In this document: in pieces, positions 29,802-41,819 of the stretch
Layout: each line of letters starts with the position of its first letter
Position numbering within the stretch: position 1 is the stretch's first letter
Sequence record: MK327931.1
Strand: one strand, 5' to 3'
Length of the DNA: 64,000 nt
Translations under genes and position numbers: made by a program
The notes under the pieces: model-generated
Told to the model about the DNA's origin: nothing
The model's input: only the letters and a program-made list of their open reading frames with translations
The model's database searches: none

Positions 29802-30605
29802 TTAAATTTCAAATACAAATTTAGGATTGTAATCAAAATTCTCACAAGCTCCACTGTATGATTCATAGCCTCGTGGATTACAAATGATACGTGTCTTACC
29901 AATGTGGTAGTCAAAACTACTATGAACATGACCATGAATCCAAACATCAGCACCCAAATCTTCAATGTACTGATCCATATCGGAACAGTAACAACCATTC
30001 AGTGAATCATTTTTATATTTTGGTGAAACACTTTGATAACTTGGTGCGTGATGGGTAACCACGATGACCTTGAAATCATTATCATGCATAAAGCGAACTG
30101 TGTCAATAGAATTTTTGATAAATTGTTTATCTTTGTGATGCATAAACTCAGTATCATCTGGTGTCAGTTTCTTACGCCAAGGCTCTGATGTTGTTCCATG
30201 ACGGATATGTTTGTAATCGTTCATCTTCAGACGAGCATCAAACTTCGTCAAAGAATTACCTTTATCGAAGTCTGTCCACAGAGTACTACCAACAAGCAGT
30301 ACTCCGTCCAGCCATACAAATTTGTTTTGCAAAAAGATGAAATTTGGAATCTCATCTTGCATATCGGACAGTACTTTATGCGTTTTGTGGATATTGGAAC
30401 CATAATATTCATGATTGCCAGGAACCAGTACTACATTCTTAAACTGCTTACATAGTGATTCTATACCAGTACGGTAACGACTGCGTTTAACTTCATCGAA
30501 GTCCCCAGCAATAATCAGTACTGTATCACTGTAATCACCACTATGGAGGTAATCAGTCCCACCGTGTACATCAGATGTTACAACAAATTTCATAATCACC
30601 TCCAA
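29802..30605 (-). CDS. Calcineurin-like metallophosphoesterase
   Basis: SDVH, AGD, GNHEYY, HHAP, HGHVH. Confidence 0.92.
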   Translation of the reverse strand: MEVIMKFVVTSDVHGGTDYLHSGDYSDTVLIIAGDFDEVKRSRYRTGIESLCKQFKNVVLVPGNHEYYGSNIHKTHKVLSDMQDEIPNFIFLQNKFVWLDGVLLVGSTLWTDFDKGNSLTKFDARLKMNDYKHIRHGTTSEPWRKKLTPDDTEFMHHKDKQFIKNSIDTVRFMHDNDFKVIVVTHHAPSYQSVSPKYKNDSLNGCYCSDMDQYIEDLGADVWIHGHVHSSFDYHIGKTRIICNPRGYESYSGACENFDYNPKFVFEI

Positions 30606-30612
30606 TAAATGG

Positions 30613-32031
30613 TTAACCTAATGCGTCAATAATACTGTTTGAGAACACTTCAACAGCACTCTCACGAATTTCTAAGATACGAGTATAATCATCACAAGTG
30701 TTTTTGTCAAATCTAAATTCAATAAACACTGGTAAGAACAGTGATGGCTCACCAGTACGCTTGTCGAATACAATGTCATTACACTCAACTGTAACCACTT
30801 TACCAATAAGTTCTTGCATTCTTTCCCAAATGGTTTTAAATGTCCATTCAGCATCTTTCTCTTTGATACCAGTACCCACATTAACTTTCAATGAACCACA
30901 AGCACTTTCCAGTTGTAAAGAACCTAGGCTTCCTTTACGTTTACCTTCACCTTCATTGAAACCAACAATACGTAAGTCCAGTTGCATTTTCAATTTCATT
31001 TTCAACTGCTTAGGTGAAGTATGAGATTTCCAGATACCATCTTCACATTTCAGTACTGAACCCTCTTCACCTTCGTTCATTAGTTCACTATTGTACTCAA
31101 ATGCTTCTTTGATGTTTAGAACTTTACGGAATCCAACCATACGAACAAAATCACTATTGAGTTCGTTAATTGCATCTACTAAGATCTCGCGACGTTCTTT
31201 ACGTTTTACATCCCATACACCTTCACAAAATGCATCATATGGAACAACATCCCATAGAACGAATACAGTACGCATTGCTTCATTCTGACTGATGCTATCT
31301 TTACCAGCTTTCTGAATTATACCGTTGCCAGTAGTGCGTGGGAGAATGGTTTCTCCATCATTGTCCAGTACTACACCTTCCCCCATAAAGACTACACCAC
31401 TACTAAAACGTTCATCTTTACTTTGGATGATGTGAGCAAGACCTGCCATCTCACCATCACGACAACCCAGGAAGTCGTATAGTTTACCATTACGGGATGT
31501 AGAAGTTAATGAACCATTAATGACAACGTGGTTTAAGTACTGACCATCCATTTTCACTTCTGATATAGCGTAACCATAATCTTTGAAGTTGATGTTCTTT
31601 GCAGTCTTTTTGTCAATCAAAGAACAACGCATATATGGTTCGTCTTTGATGAATCCTTTACCAAACACATCATTGCAGTTCTTCTCCTGAATACCACAAT
31701 CAAGGTTCTTAGTGAGCATTCTACGTAGAACTTCCTGATCATCTTCAGATACAGAACCCAGTACTGAAGCAATGAAATCACGCCCCGCATTTCCTGTCAC
31801 ATCACGCTTGTAAATGCATTCTAGCTTATCAATTGCTTCATCTAACGTCATATGTTGATATACGTCATCAGCGGCAGGGAGCTTCTTATAGCCACTAACG
31901 ATAGAAGGGTCTAGAGTATATTTCAGTACTTTTTGTAAAGTTACATTATCTTTATTTTGTTCAAGAATAGCCTTTTTGCCCAGAGTACTGCTAGTATTTT
32001 TAATGCTTTCAAGAATTGCTAAAATGCTCAT
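30613..32031 (-). CDS. lig: ATP-dependent DNA ligase (T4 gp30-like)
   Basis: EVKMDG adenylation motif, MGE, WDVV, EGSVLK, KLK, OB fold ...LFLPVFIEFRFDK. Confidence 0.95.
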   Translation of the reverse strand: MSILAILESIKNTSSTLGKKAILEQNKDNVTLQKVLKYTLDPSIVSGYKKLPAADDVYQHMTLDEAIDKLECIYKRDVTGNAGRDFIASVLGSVSEDDQEVLRRMLTKNLDCGIQEKNCNDVFGKGFIKDEPYMRCSLIDKKTAKNINFKDYGYAISEVKMDGQYLNHVVINGSLTSTSRNGKLYDFLGCRDGEMAGLAHIIQSKDERFSSGVVFMGEGVVLDNDGETILPRTTGNGIIQKAGKDSISQNEAMRTVFVLWDVVPYDAFCEGVWDVKRKERREILVDAINELNSDFVRMVGFRKVLNIKEAFEYNSELMNEGEEGSVLKCEDGIWKSHTSPKQLKMKLKMQLDLRIVGFNEGEGKRKGSLGSLQLESACGSLKVNVGTGIKEKDAEWTFKTIWERMQELIGKVVTVECNDIVFDKRTGEPSLFLPVFIEFRFDKNTCDDYTRILEIRESAVEVFSNSIIDALG

Positions 32032-32042
32032 TGTATATTCCT

Positions 32043-33245
32043 TTATAGATAATACTTTCCAATATAAAGTGGATTACTAATTGATAGTTGAACGTGACAT
32101 GGTTTGTCTTGGTAGTAACGAGTGCTTGATGTTTTGCGTTCATTTGGTGGGAAGAATGGGGAACGATAGCCATTCCATGTACTAAATGATGAGTGTTCAT
32201 TAATATCAACATCCATTACCATAATCCCATTATCATCAATTTGAACTGGATATGCACTAAAGCGTTCAAATTTATCATTATAATGGATATTATAATCTCC
32301 ACTACGCCCATAATAACTACGCGTTGTATTATTACTTACACCAAAAAATACGCGATATGTTTGTTCATTATCTTTAGTCATAAATGGTACGTTCTCGTTG
32401 AAACGTCCATTATTCATAAGATCATCAACATTTATTTCTTCGTATTTAATTTTAAGGTCTTTTGCTTTAAATGATTTATTGTGTACCAGTACTGGAATGT
32501 TAGATTCACCTAATGGGTTATGTCTGTTTGTTCTATAGCTTTGCCAAAATTCATTAGCAAGTTTAATTTCTTCATCTGCCGTAGTCTTCTTATTCAAGAG
32601 TGCACGAGGTTCAAGATTGTAATTATCCAAACGTTGATTCAATGCATAAGTTCCACGAGTACTGTTAAAAAGTAAATGATAAACTGAACTTTTGTCGGGA
32701 TATGCAAATTCTTTAGTTTTCTTTATACAAATTGCATGTACTTTACCGCAGTAATAGTAATCTTCTTTAAGATAAGTGAAACCATCACCAACTTTAAGAC
32801 CTGCTACAGTTTCTTTTTGTTGTTCTTTTTTATTTTCTTTTTCAACTAACTTAGCAAACGTTTTTGTTTTACCATTAATTAATTCTAAGTTATTGTTGAA
32901 AAACATTGGGTCTACAAAAACACCTTTGATTATATCGTTATTGATAATTAAATCATTCATGTTTTTTGCACTAATCATAAATTCAAATCCTTCTGGGTGA
33001 CGGATCGTGAAATATGTTTCTCGTGCATGAGTTGTTAATTTATCAACTACACAAAATCCCGTAGTTGGAACGTTGTCAATATATAACGATGGAAGATTGT
33101 TCTTCTTTGCCCAGTACTCTGCTCTCTCTTTCTTTGTTTCAAACGCTTTTGTATGTGATTTTGTTGCATCGATAATAAAACCATCAACTTGGTTGTGGTT
33201 TACATAGGAACGTGCAACAAATAACTTCTCTGGAAAATCCATCAA
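32043..33245 (-). CDS. Hypothetical protein (400 aa)
   Basis: Long ORF, no recognised motif. Confidence 0.7.
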   Translation of the reverse strand: MMDFPEKLFVARSYVNHNQVDGFIIDATKSHTKAFETKKERAEYWAKKNNLPSLYIDNVPTTGFCVVDKLTTHARETYFTIRHPEGFEFMISAKNMNDLIINNDIIKGVFVDPMFFNNNLELINGKTKTFAKLVEKENKKEQQKETVAGLKVGDGFTYLKEDYYYCGKVHAICIKKTKEFAYPDKSSVYHLLFNSTRGTYALNQRLDNYNLEPRALLNKKTTADEEIKLANEFWQSYRTNRHNPLGESNIPVLVHNKSFKAKDLKIKYEEINVDDLMNNGRFNENVPFMTKDNEQTYRVFFGVSNNTTRSYYGRSGDYNIHYNDKFERFSAYPVQIDDNGIMVMDVDINEHSSFSTWNGYRSPFFPPNERKTSSTRYYQDKPCHVQLSISNPLYIGKYYL

Positions 33246-33661
33246 ATTGTCCTCATTGTGCTGATTGCTTTTAATGTGTCAAACAATGCACCATATTTTA
33301 CTTGCATTAGTTGATCACCAGCAGGAAGATTCATACGCATAACAGCCATGTCTTCAATCATTTCAGACGTACACAGTACTGCTACACAGGTAATAGCATC
33401 ATTCAATCCAGCTTCATTGAATTTGGCAAACGGAACTTTTCCCTGTTTGCTAAGGTTGTTATAATAAGAATTTAACTTATCATGTCCACCAGCATTTAGT
33501 ACTACAATAGTTTCGTGTTCATAGTACCATTCATCAATAATAGTACTGAAAGCAGTACCTTCATATTCTTTAATTAGTTTAACACCAGCATGGAATGCTT
33601 GAATACCAGCTTGGACACCTTGGCAGTACATATTAGTTAAGCAATACAATTTCATTTCCAT
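33242..33661 (-). CDS. Peptidyl-tRNA hydrolase 2-like protein
   Basis: GIQAFHA, TIVVLNAGG, FNEAGLNDAITCVAV. Confidence 0.6.
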   Translation of the reverse strand: MEMKLYCLTNMYCQGVQAGIQAFHAGVKLIKEYEGTAFSTIIDEWYYEHETIVVLNAGGHDKLNSYYNNLSKQGKVPFAKFNEAGLNDAITCVAVLCTSEMIEDMAVMRMNLPAGDQLMQVKYGALFDTLKAISTMRTI

Positions 33662-33879
33662 ACCTCTTGTTTTTCTACGTAGCCTTTCCCATCACAGTGT
33701 GGACAAGCATAAAAGCTGCGGTAATCTTCTGACGGTACTTGTTGTGTTCCATTACATGTAGGACATACTTTACGTGCACCAGAAATAATACGTTCATGGT
33801 GTTCAGCTTGTTTAGCTGAATCAAAAATACGACCATCTTCAGTTTGGTATTTTTCTACCATAACTTGAATTACTTTCAT
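33652..33879 (-). CDS. Small DnaJ-type Zn-finger protein
   Basis: CPTCNGT...CPHCDGKG. Confidence 0.7.
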   Translation of the reverse strand: MKVIQVMVEKYQTEDGRIFDSAKQAEHHERIISGARKVCPTCNGTQQVPSEDYRSFYACPHCDGKGYVEKQEVWK

Positions 33880-34164
33880 TTCTATTTCCTTATAAAAATG
33901 TTAAATCTTCAGTACTTAATTGTGATAATTTACCATCATATTCTATTTCAACATATACATCTTGGTCATAAACAGCAACTACACGTTTAATAACTCCAAC
34001 CTTCACGACATTCTTTTTGTAGTTGAACTCAACTGAACAACCAATAAGTTTATTTGATAGAATCTCACGTATTTGATTTGCATGGTCTTTTAGGATAGAA
34101 TTAATAGATTTTTTCATAATATATCTATCATTCAAATATTTTTTAACTACATCATGCATAATTA

Positions 34165-34923
34165 TTACCTTTTGAAACGATTGAATGAGTACTCATCTTT
34201 TTCTTTACGTAAGTATCTCATCCCACCACTTTGTGGAGTAGCGAGAGTTAAGTCACCCGTCAAGAACTGACTATCAATCCAAATGCGATTACCGTAAATG
34301 AGTGGGTCTGTAACTGCTGTATGTCCACTAAAGACACAATGCACTCCATCTAACTTAGGTGCATAATATGTATTATTAGTTCTACAATAATCGAATGTTT
34401 TTCTATCCCACAAGCACTTATCAATTATATCAGCACTAAGTGATTTTGTCCCATTAACAAATCGTTCCCATGTTGTATATTCCAACGGAACTCCAGCATG
34501 AACTAACCCAATCTTCAATCCTCGGTGATTGATTTGGATAATCATAGGGAGATCCTTTAAGTACTGACGAAAGAATTGAATGCCTGTTCCTCCAACTTCA
34601 TCAAGGAATTTATCACCACCATTACTTATCCAACAATGATACCAATCTCGAAGTGTTTCCGAATCAACGCACATCATCTCATGATTACCCGCAATCATGT
34701 AACGATTTTCTCCGAACAAAAATTCAAAAAGGAGCTTTGAATTTTGTTCTCCACGGTCGATAATATCACCTACACTGAAAACATAATCATTGTGTGTAAT
34801 ACCAAATTCTTTCACTGTAGCATCCCATAGTTTACCATTACCATGCAAATCACCTACAATGTATAAATCTTTATCATCAGGTACAGTTACTTCTAAGAAG
34901 TGTTTCATTATTACTCCAACCAT
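34165..34923 (-). CDS. Ser/Thr protein phosphatase (lambda NinI/PphA family)
   Basis: GDLHG, GDIIDRG, GNHE, VHAG, LWDR, GHT. Confidence 0.92.
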   Translation of the reverse strand: MVGVIMKHFLEVTVPDDKDLYIVGDLHGNGKLWDATVKEFGITHNDYVFSVGDIIDRGEQNSKLLFEFLFGENRYMIAGNHEMMCVDSETLRDWYHCWISNGGDKFLDEVGGTGIQFFRQYLKDLPMIIQINHRGLKIGLVHAGVPLEYTTWERFVNGTKSLSADIIDKCLWDRKTFDYCRTNNTYYAPKLDGVHCVFSGHTAVTDPLIYGNRIWIDSQFLTGDLTLATPQSGGMRYLRKEKDEYSFNRFKR

Positions 34924-35708
34924 ATAATATTAGTGTGTTTAGTAACTTGTGTTCCAGCAAAAGAACCATCTTTAAGATAAGTATTAATTTTAAAACGCCA
35001 TTCACCACCACTAATATACATATCAGTAATAATATACTTTCCATACCCTCTGGAGTTTATTAATCGTACTTCTTGACCAATATATTTTGGCTTCAGATCA
35101 TTTATAAAATCATCAGCCAAAGACATAAGATATCGCAAATGTGATAAGTCAGTGTTGAACATTATTTCTTTCTCTTATATTTGTTAATAATATCTTGGGT
35201 AAGTGAAATAAAAATATATACTAATGTTACAGGCCAAATAATAGCCATCAGTGCTGCTGTTTGGAGATTCATGATAATCATGATTTCATCTTTAAAACAA
35301 CCCCAATTAAGTACTAGAAAGTTGGTTATAAATGTAACAAATGCTACAAAACCATATATTGCAAAAAATGTTATCATAATTATTCCTCATCATCCACTAA
35401 AACAAGATAATCCAAACTTAACTCGGTATCTATGTAACAATCACAATTCAAGTACTCAATTTCAGCACCTATAGTTCTCCCATTCTTAAATATCTCAATG
35501 ATTTTCATTCTAGTATTGGGATTAATGTGTTCAATGTCGTATTCGTATTCAGGGTCAATATACTCACTTGTCATACGTTTGATGTATTGTTCCGAATATC
35601 GTACAGTTTTACCTATAAGATCATTACTCAACGTCTGATAAAAATCATCTTGAATTTTGAATAATGACCTATAAAAAATATTATGTTGAATTAGTGGTTT
35701 CATTGACA

Positions 35709-36350
35709 TTAATCACAACTTCCAGACGATGAACTTGAATCAGAACTAGAGCTATCATAGGAACAAGAATCAGAGGAAGAACTGCTGTGACGGCTATAAT
35801 CACTGTAATCATCATTGTTGTAGATTGGTGATGTTACGATTGCTGCTGCGGTCGCTGCCGTTGCAATTTGTGCAGTATGGTCATGAACACCTAGTTGTGG
35901 TTCATCCTTAGATTTACCTTTGTTCTTACCTTTAGTGTAACGAGCTTTCTTTGCAGTTTTAGTATTTTTCTGTACTTTAGGAGCTTTTGGTTTCACATCT
36001 TCAACGACTGGAACTACATTCACTACAACTTTAGGATCAGTTTCTTCAAGTGTATTATACACTTTAACTTGCATTTGAACTTCAACTTCTTTAACTTCTT
36101 CTTTAACTTCTTCTTTAACTTCTGGAATAACTGTTTCTGGTGCTGGAGTGATTTTATCAAGTTCTTTAGTAATAAAGAAGCTTGTATTTTTCTCACCTAG
36201 CATAACAAGAAGACCAATGGCAATCACTGGACTTAGTACTGTACCAAGTACTACATAACCTAGAACACTTCGGTTATAGTTATATGCAAGCATACCAGAA
36301 ATAATAATACCGATTACATATGCACTGCTAAGAATAATTGGGGTTAACAT
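35709..36350 (-). CDS. Membrane protein with EVKE repeats and a Ser/Asp-rich tail
   Basis: Two TM helices; EVKEEVKEEVKEVEV; SSSSSDSCSYDSSSSDSSSSSGSCD. Confidence 0.7.
   Translation of the reverse strand: MLTPIILSSAYVIGIIISGMLAYNYNRSVLGYVVLGTVLSPVIAIGLLVMLGEKNTSFFITKELDKITPAPETVIPEVKEEVKEEVKEVEVQMQVKVYNTLEETDPKVVVNVVPVVEDVKPKAPKVQKNTKTAKKARYTKGKNKGKSKDEPQLGVHDHTAQIATAATAAAIVTSPIYNNDDYSDYSRHSSSSSDSCSYDSSSSDSSSSSGSCD
36085..36123. repeat. 12-bp coding tandem repeat (~3 copies, TTCTTTAACTTC)
   Basis: Encodes EVKE repeats. Confidence 0.8.
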
Positions 36351-38311
36351 ATTCTACTCCTTTGTATATAAATTTACTAACTTCTTCGATGTATAAAGAC
36401 AACCCTGAACGTTCATTTAGAACTAACCAAGCACCAAAACCACATCGAATCTCGGATATATGAAACTCTTCTACACTATAAATTGAATACGCGTTAAATG
36501 GACATATTTCATCAGATATACTTACCACATAGTTATTATTAATTGAATCTAACACCTGGGTATTGTATAAATTATTAGTACTGAAAATCTGCATTAACGA
36601 GCTAGAAAGCATCTCGGTTGTCTTTTCTAATATTGTTAAAAACGAACCATTCACTTCAACTTCTCCCTATTGGTGATGTAATCAAATTATATCACCGAAT
36701 TCTGATACGTCTCATGATATTCGCATTTCATCTATATATAATGAACATGATTCAGAATTATCGTCTAAACTTAAACCTAAATCGACCATCAAACCGCAAT
36801 GCGTTCCCCAGAATTTCTTTATGTATAGTTTTTTGCTATTATTACCTAAATCATAAACATATTCATTTTTAAATATACTTTTTAATTCTTCACATATACA
36901 TTTTATTATCTTCATTACTTGATTATGATATTCGTATGGTATTCCATCAAGTTCGTTAATTATTAATGCAAAACCATCATCATAGTACTTAAGTTTATTG
37001 AATGTTTGTATATCCATTTAATATATAATCTCACTAGCTTCTATTGTGTAGACACCATCATCAGTCATTAATCTAACTGCAACTTTAATATTATTAGACA
37101 TTCGTGTAACTATCAATCCAATAATTACACCATTCTTTAAAGTACCGTTATGGTATCTTACTTGTACTTTAGTTTTGTTATCAATTAGGTATCTTCGAAT
37201 TTGATGAATTTCAGTTCTAAACAGTTCTAAATAAACTTCACTATATTCCTTATCTGAACCGTCTGAACACCAGTACAATAAATTTACTTGTTCAAATAAT
37301 TTTTTTATATTCATAAAAATCTCACAGATTTAATATTACTGGTTACATGATTTACCCAAGTGTTATCGAACTTGTAAACAATTGTATTAAGTGATTTATG
37401 AAAATTAACCTCGCACACTAATGCCTTGGAACCATTGATTGTACAGACCGTGGATGGTAAGTTGTTTGCTAATATCTCTTTTTCATCTAAACATAGTGAA
37501 CTAATACAATCATAATAGAGAGGTTCAAGAACTTTTTCAGTACTGAGAAATTCAAAAGAAAGATCATCTATTAGTTTTATGTAATCGAATAAATTATGAT
37601 AATATTCATTCATTGCAGATCCTTTTAAATTTAGCATTATTAGAATATGTATATGAATGACCGAAATCATTTACACCATGTACATTTAGTACACCGTCAC
37701 TGAAATAAATTCGATCAATAGTGAGTTCACGTTTATAATCCCAATCATCATACCAGCACAGAACACGAATACCTTTGTACTTTGTAGTTAAATCATTTTC
37801 TAATATAGTCAAGTAATCAATATGACTTTTGAATATCTCTAAGTCCTGCTCAAACATCATTGTTCCTCGTATAATTCTATATCATCAACACCAACTTGGC
37901 GAATTGCAGTACTTCTGTTGAATGTATTTTTTTCAAACAAACATACTGTTAAACGTATTTCACACTTCAATGCACTATAATAAATCATATCAATAACACC
38001 ATATGTTTCATACATTTCTACGTATACATTTCGACCTAAATACTTTTCTTCTAAATCAGTAATTAGACTATTGATAAGATTACCTATCTGTGTTATATCT
38101 GTGTGAAATTTATCCATTATAATAAACCTCTCACATAAAACATTGATGAAAATAGATAATCATCAGTACTGGAATTTAGTAGTTTATCAAAACTATAATT
38201 TTTATGCTTATTTTCATACAAAGACAATCTATAGTATCGTTCTATATTTTCTAAGTAGTCTTTTTGTAATAACATCTGTGTTGTTACATTCACTATAATG
38301 TACCTTAAAAG

Positions 38312-38339
38312 AAAAAGGGACCAATATATGATCCCTTTT
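38312..38339 (-). terminator. Intrinsic terminator after pseT
   Basis: AAAAGGGA/TCCCTTTT plus U tract. Confidence 0.75.
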
Positions 38340-38342
38340 GTA

Positions 38343-39275
38343 TTAGAAATTTCCTTCAGCCACTTGGAAAACTTTCAACCCAAGTAGCTTACGCCACATG
38401 AATACAACTTGATCGCGGTCATCATATACCTTTTTAACATCGTAATGATCAACCACATTTTTCATGTACAGGTCGAATTTTACAACATCATCAGGACGTT
38501 TATCATCGATATCTCGCATAAACAATGCATCGTAAGGAACACCCCAATTCTTAAGCCACTGTTCGGTATCAGCACGACACCCTTCAGTACGCCCACTCAT
38601 GACGATAATCTTGCGTTTATGAAAAACTGCTTCAGCGATAATAGACAAAATAACTTCTTCATCAGGTGTATCCTGAAGAACAGTACTTTCATCGTAAGGA
38701 TTACGACCCCATTTATGAGCAAGAGTTCCATCGATATCAACGATGATAGCAGCTTCGCGTGAATTACCATAGTAACCAATGTGTAATGCCTTACTATAAT
38801 AGTACGTATCTGCCATTGTGTCAATGATATCATCTTGTACTGAACGCTCACGCTGGAGGTTATATTTCTTACAAAGTTTTACGAACTCTTTAATCTTAAA
38901 GAATTCATGAACATCTGCACCACGGTCTTCATTAGGTACAAAATCATCATAGAAGTTCTTTTCTTTGTAATCATAACCATTATCTTTAGCCCATACTTTC
39001 CAGAGATTACGGAAATGTTGTTTAAGGTTTGTATCGGATATGATGATGTTCCAACCATTCTCTGCTGCTGAATTTGCTGCACTGAACTGTAAATTAGTTA
39101 CGTACTGCTCATTAGCATCGTTGAATTTGTAAGCATCATGTGACCCAGCCATAGATTCACGAATATCATCACGGTTGATGTTGATAGTCTTGGATTTGGC
39201 ATTTTTAATTTCTTGAACTGCCCATGTGGTTTTACCACACCCAGGTAATCCAACTGTTAGTGTAATAGTTGGCAT
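38343..39275 (-). CDS. pseT: Polynucleotide 5'-kinase/3'-phosphatase
   Basis: GLPGCGKTTW, NRDDIR, HAD DIDGTL, DDRDQVVFMWR, FQVAEGNF. Confidence 0.96.
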   Translation of the reverse strand: MPTITLTVGLPGCGKTTWAVQEIKNAKSKTININRDDIRESMAGSHDAYKFNDANEQYVTNLQFSAANSAAENGWNIIISDTNLKQHFRNLWKVWAKDNGYDYKEKNFYDDFVPNEDRGADVHEFFKIKEFVKLCKKYNLQRERSVQDDIIDTMADTYYYSKALHIGYYGNSREAAIIVDIDGTLAHKWGRNPYDESTVLQDTPDEEVILSIIAEAVFHKRKIIVMSGRTEGCRADTEQWLKNWGVPYDALFMRDIDDKRPDDVVKFDLYMKNVVDHYDVKKVYDDRDQVVFMWRKLLGLKVFQVAEGNF

Positions 39276-40371
39276 TATTACTCCTTGTTACTCAATGAAT
39301 TCTACATCTTCGAGTTTGTGCCATCCTCTTGAAAGGTTTCTTGTTCCGTTATTGTATTCAGTGTATACAAAGCATTCACCATTTACTAAATTACCAATAG
39401 CAGTACGCGATACTTTAACATCAAGAATTATAGTACTGAACCATTCTCTGATTGTATGATCCCAGCATTTAACTTTACATCCAATCAATGTTTTCTTAAA
39501 ATCGAAAACGTAATCTTCGACCATTGATTCGACAGATTCTATTAGTTCCTTTTCAATGTACTTTAACTTTTCGATCCTCTCAAATGCAAGTTCTTTATTC
39601 ATATGTCCTCAATTATCTAGAACATCCACTATCAAACAAGCTTCAATAACGAAACAATCATCTAATTCAAAGAGTAATTGATAGTCATCAGAAAACTTCA
39701 CTTTAGTAATGTAAGCACTTTCAATTCCACCACTATGATAAGAACTATATAAAATACATTTACCTGTATATTCCTTACGGATACGACTAAATTCTTCATA
39801 TAAATGAGTAATAAACGTATCCGCAGTTTTGTTGTAGTATTTTAGGTCACTTACTGTGCTCATTAACTTTTCCTACTCCAAATCGTTTGGAGATTTTCAC
39901 AAGTACAGATTCATCACAACGAATACTAGCAGTATCATTGGATGAACTGTACTTTAATGGGGTCCACTGTAATTGAGATTCTTCTAGGAACTTGATACAT
40001 CTGAAGTAATCTTTCAGAGAAAGAAATTTAACTACTGACATATCCTGAACAATACTATGCTGAACTTCAACTTTCATATGAACTCCTTATAGTGGATCAA
40101 ATTTATTTTCACGTTTCGATGTATAGCGAGTTACATCATGTATTCTCGGCTTAACACCTTTTGGTTTCCTTTTCTTCTTGTATTCAGTACTACTACATCC
40201 GAAGGTATTCTCGATTCGTTTCTTACTTATCTTCACACCTTTCATTGAGCGTTTGTGCTGTAATTCATCGATTTCTTCTTGTATTTTCCTGAACTCAGTC
40301 GGAGAAAGGGAACCGTCATTTTTATACTTAGGTTTAGCCATCACTTCTCCTTGTGCTTAGGCTAGATAGTA

Positions 40372-41514
40372 CTAAAAATCCTTTAGTACAATTTTCATGT
40401 ATTTTATAAGAGTCTCTTTGTAATCAACTTTCTTATTGTTATACATTGCAAAGGCCAAGCCCTGACGATTCAGTTCATTAGTTAAACACTCCTGAACCTT
40501 CATTGCGAATTCCTTTCGCTCCAAGTGCTTGTGTTCCTTGACGAAGCTTTCTACTTCATCTTGTAATGCATTATAGCACGAAAATACCAATTGTTCCATT
40601 CTTAATATCTTTTGCATAGCATATTCATCAGTACTGAACAATTGTTTTAAATCATCACTTGAACCATTTAATACTGCTTCATATAAATGAGAATCAATAA
40701 TAATACTATCTTTTGTAAGATGTAATGAACTGTACCAGTCAGTCTTTATTTTACACATTGTCCCATTATTTAGGATGCACACAAAACCCTCAATATCAAG
40801 CATTTTATGAACTTCCTCCACGCTTTCACGGAAGGTATTTCGTACCGGAAAAGTGTGATGAATATCTTTTCCAGTCATATTAGTACTGTACTGTGCAAGA
40901 CATGGAAACTTATCACGTAGTGCTTTACCACATAGCAACTCACCACTCACACGATGACGAACGTTCAGTACAAACAGTTGTTCTACCTGATATGGTAATA
41001 CAATTCGGTACTCTGGGCTTGTATACTCCATATTAACTGTGTAACCTAAACGTTCCGCTTCGTCGATGTACTGATACAAATTCTGGTTCTCGTTAATAAG
41101 TCGAGTACTGTTAATCGCATGGTCAGAATACAATGCAGTATGTGATTTACAACGAATCTCACCATCATTATCACGGTAAGTACTGATAATCGAACCATCC
41201 AACTTAGGCATCACTACCGCAATGTCATCGCATGTGGTGTTAGCAGGGAACATTGTAGCAGGATTCTCGTAAGCATTGAAGAACTTTTTCATTGTACGTG
41301 CTGCACAACGTATCATTTCACCTTCTTCATCAATTTCCCACATAGAGCCACGGGTTTCCAACGCATTTGGTTGCATGAAATCAGTGTATGATGCTAGACG
41401 ATAACTGAATACACGATACGTGCCACCAGCAGGACTTTTATGATCCACATAAAAGAATGCATCGTTTGTATTACATAAGTGCATTAAATCTTCATATATT
41501 TGCAAAAGGGTCAT
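40372..41514 (-). CDS. rnlA: RNA ligase 1 (T4 Rnl1/gp63-like)
   Basis: YRVFSYRLASY, ETRG, KKFFN, KLDGS, MEYTSP, EGFV, KIKTDWY. Confidence 0.93.
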   Translation of the reverse strand: MTLLQIYEDLMHLCNTNDAFFYVDHKSPAGGTYRVFSYRLASYTDFMQPNALETRGSMWEIDEEGEMIRCAARTMKKFFNAYENPATMFPANTTCDDIAVVMPKLDGSIISTYRDNDGEIRCKSHTALYSDHAINSTRLINENQNLYQYIDEAERLGYTVNMEYTSPEYRIVLPYQVEQLFVLNVRHRVSGELLCGKALRDKFPCLAQYSTNMTGKDIHHTFPVRNTFRESVEEVHKMLDIEGFVCILNNGTMCKIKTDWYSSLHLTKDSIIIDSHLYEAVLNGSSDDLKQLFSTDEYAMQKILRMEQLVFSCYNALQDEVESFVKEHKHLERKEFAMKVQECLTNELNRQGLAFAMYNNKKVDYKETLIKYMKIVLKDF

Positions 41515-41819
41515 TTTATTACCTCTATATCTACATCAGTTCCATAATATGATATTAATCCATCATCAGATTCACACTGAATAGACAACTCAGATTCATA
41601 GTATGTTACTTTATTCACTGTTAGTACTTGTTCTTCAATTACTCCAGAAAAATAATTCATCTCACGTACACGAACTTTAGTTCCTTTAGGTAGTTCATCT
41701 GAGATTTTTCGAACAAGATCATAAGCAGCCTGTTCAAGTGTGTACAGTAATTGTAATCTATCTTGAATATTCATATTATTTCCACCAACTGGTATCACGT
41801 CCATTAGACAAAGATTCAT
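41511..41819 (-). CDS. Small hypothetical protein (helix+beta family)
   Basis: ELPKGTKVRVRE. Confidence 0.55.
   Translation of the reverse strand: MNLCLMDVIPVGGNNMNIQDRLQLLYTLEQAAYDLVRKISDELPKGTKVRVREMNYFSGVIEEQVLTVNKVTYYESELSIQCESDDGLISYYGTDVDIEVIK

Larger units (their letters stand above)
33890..40344 (-). other. Array of small (70-120 aa) hypothetical CDS: 33890..34159, 34911..35162, 35162..35377, 35380..35709, 36328..36654, 36712..37017, 37018..37314, 37311..37670, 37606..37860, 37857..38117, 39288..39602, 39609..39863, 39847..40077, 40087..40344
   Basis: Many share an N-terminal helix followed by (Y/L)(I/L/K/T)G(K/C/Q/R)xV and beta strands. Confidence 0.6.
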
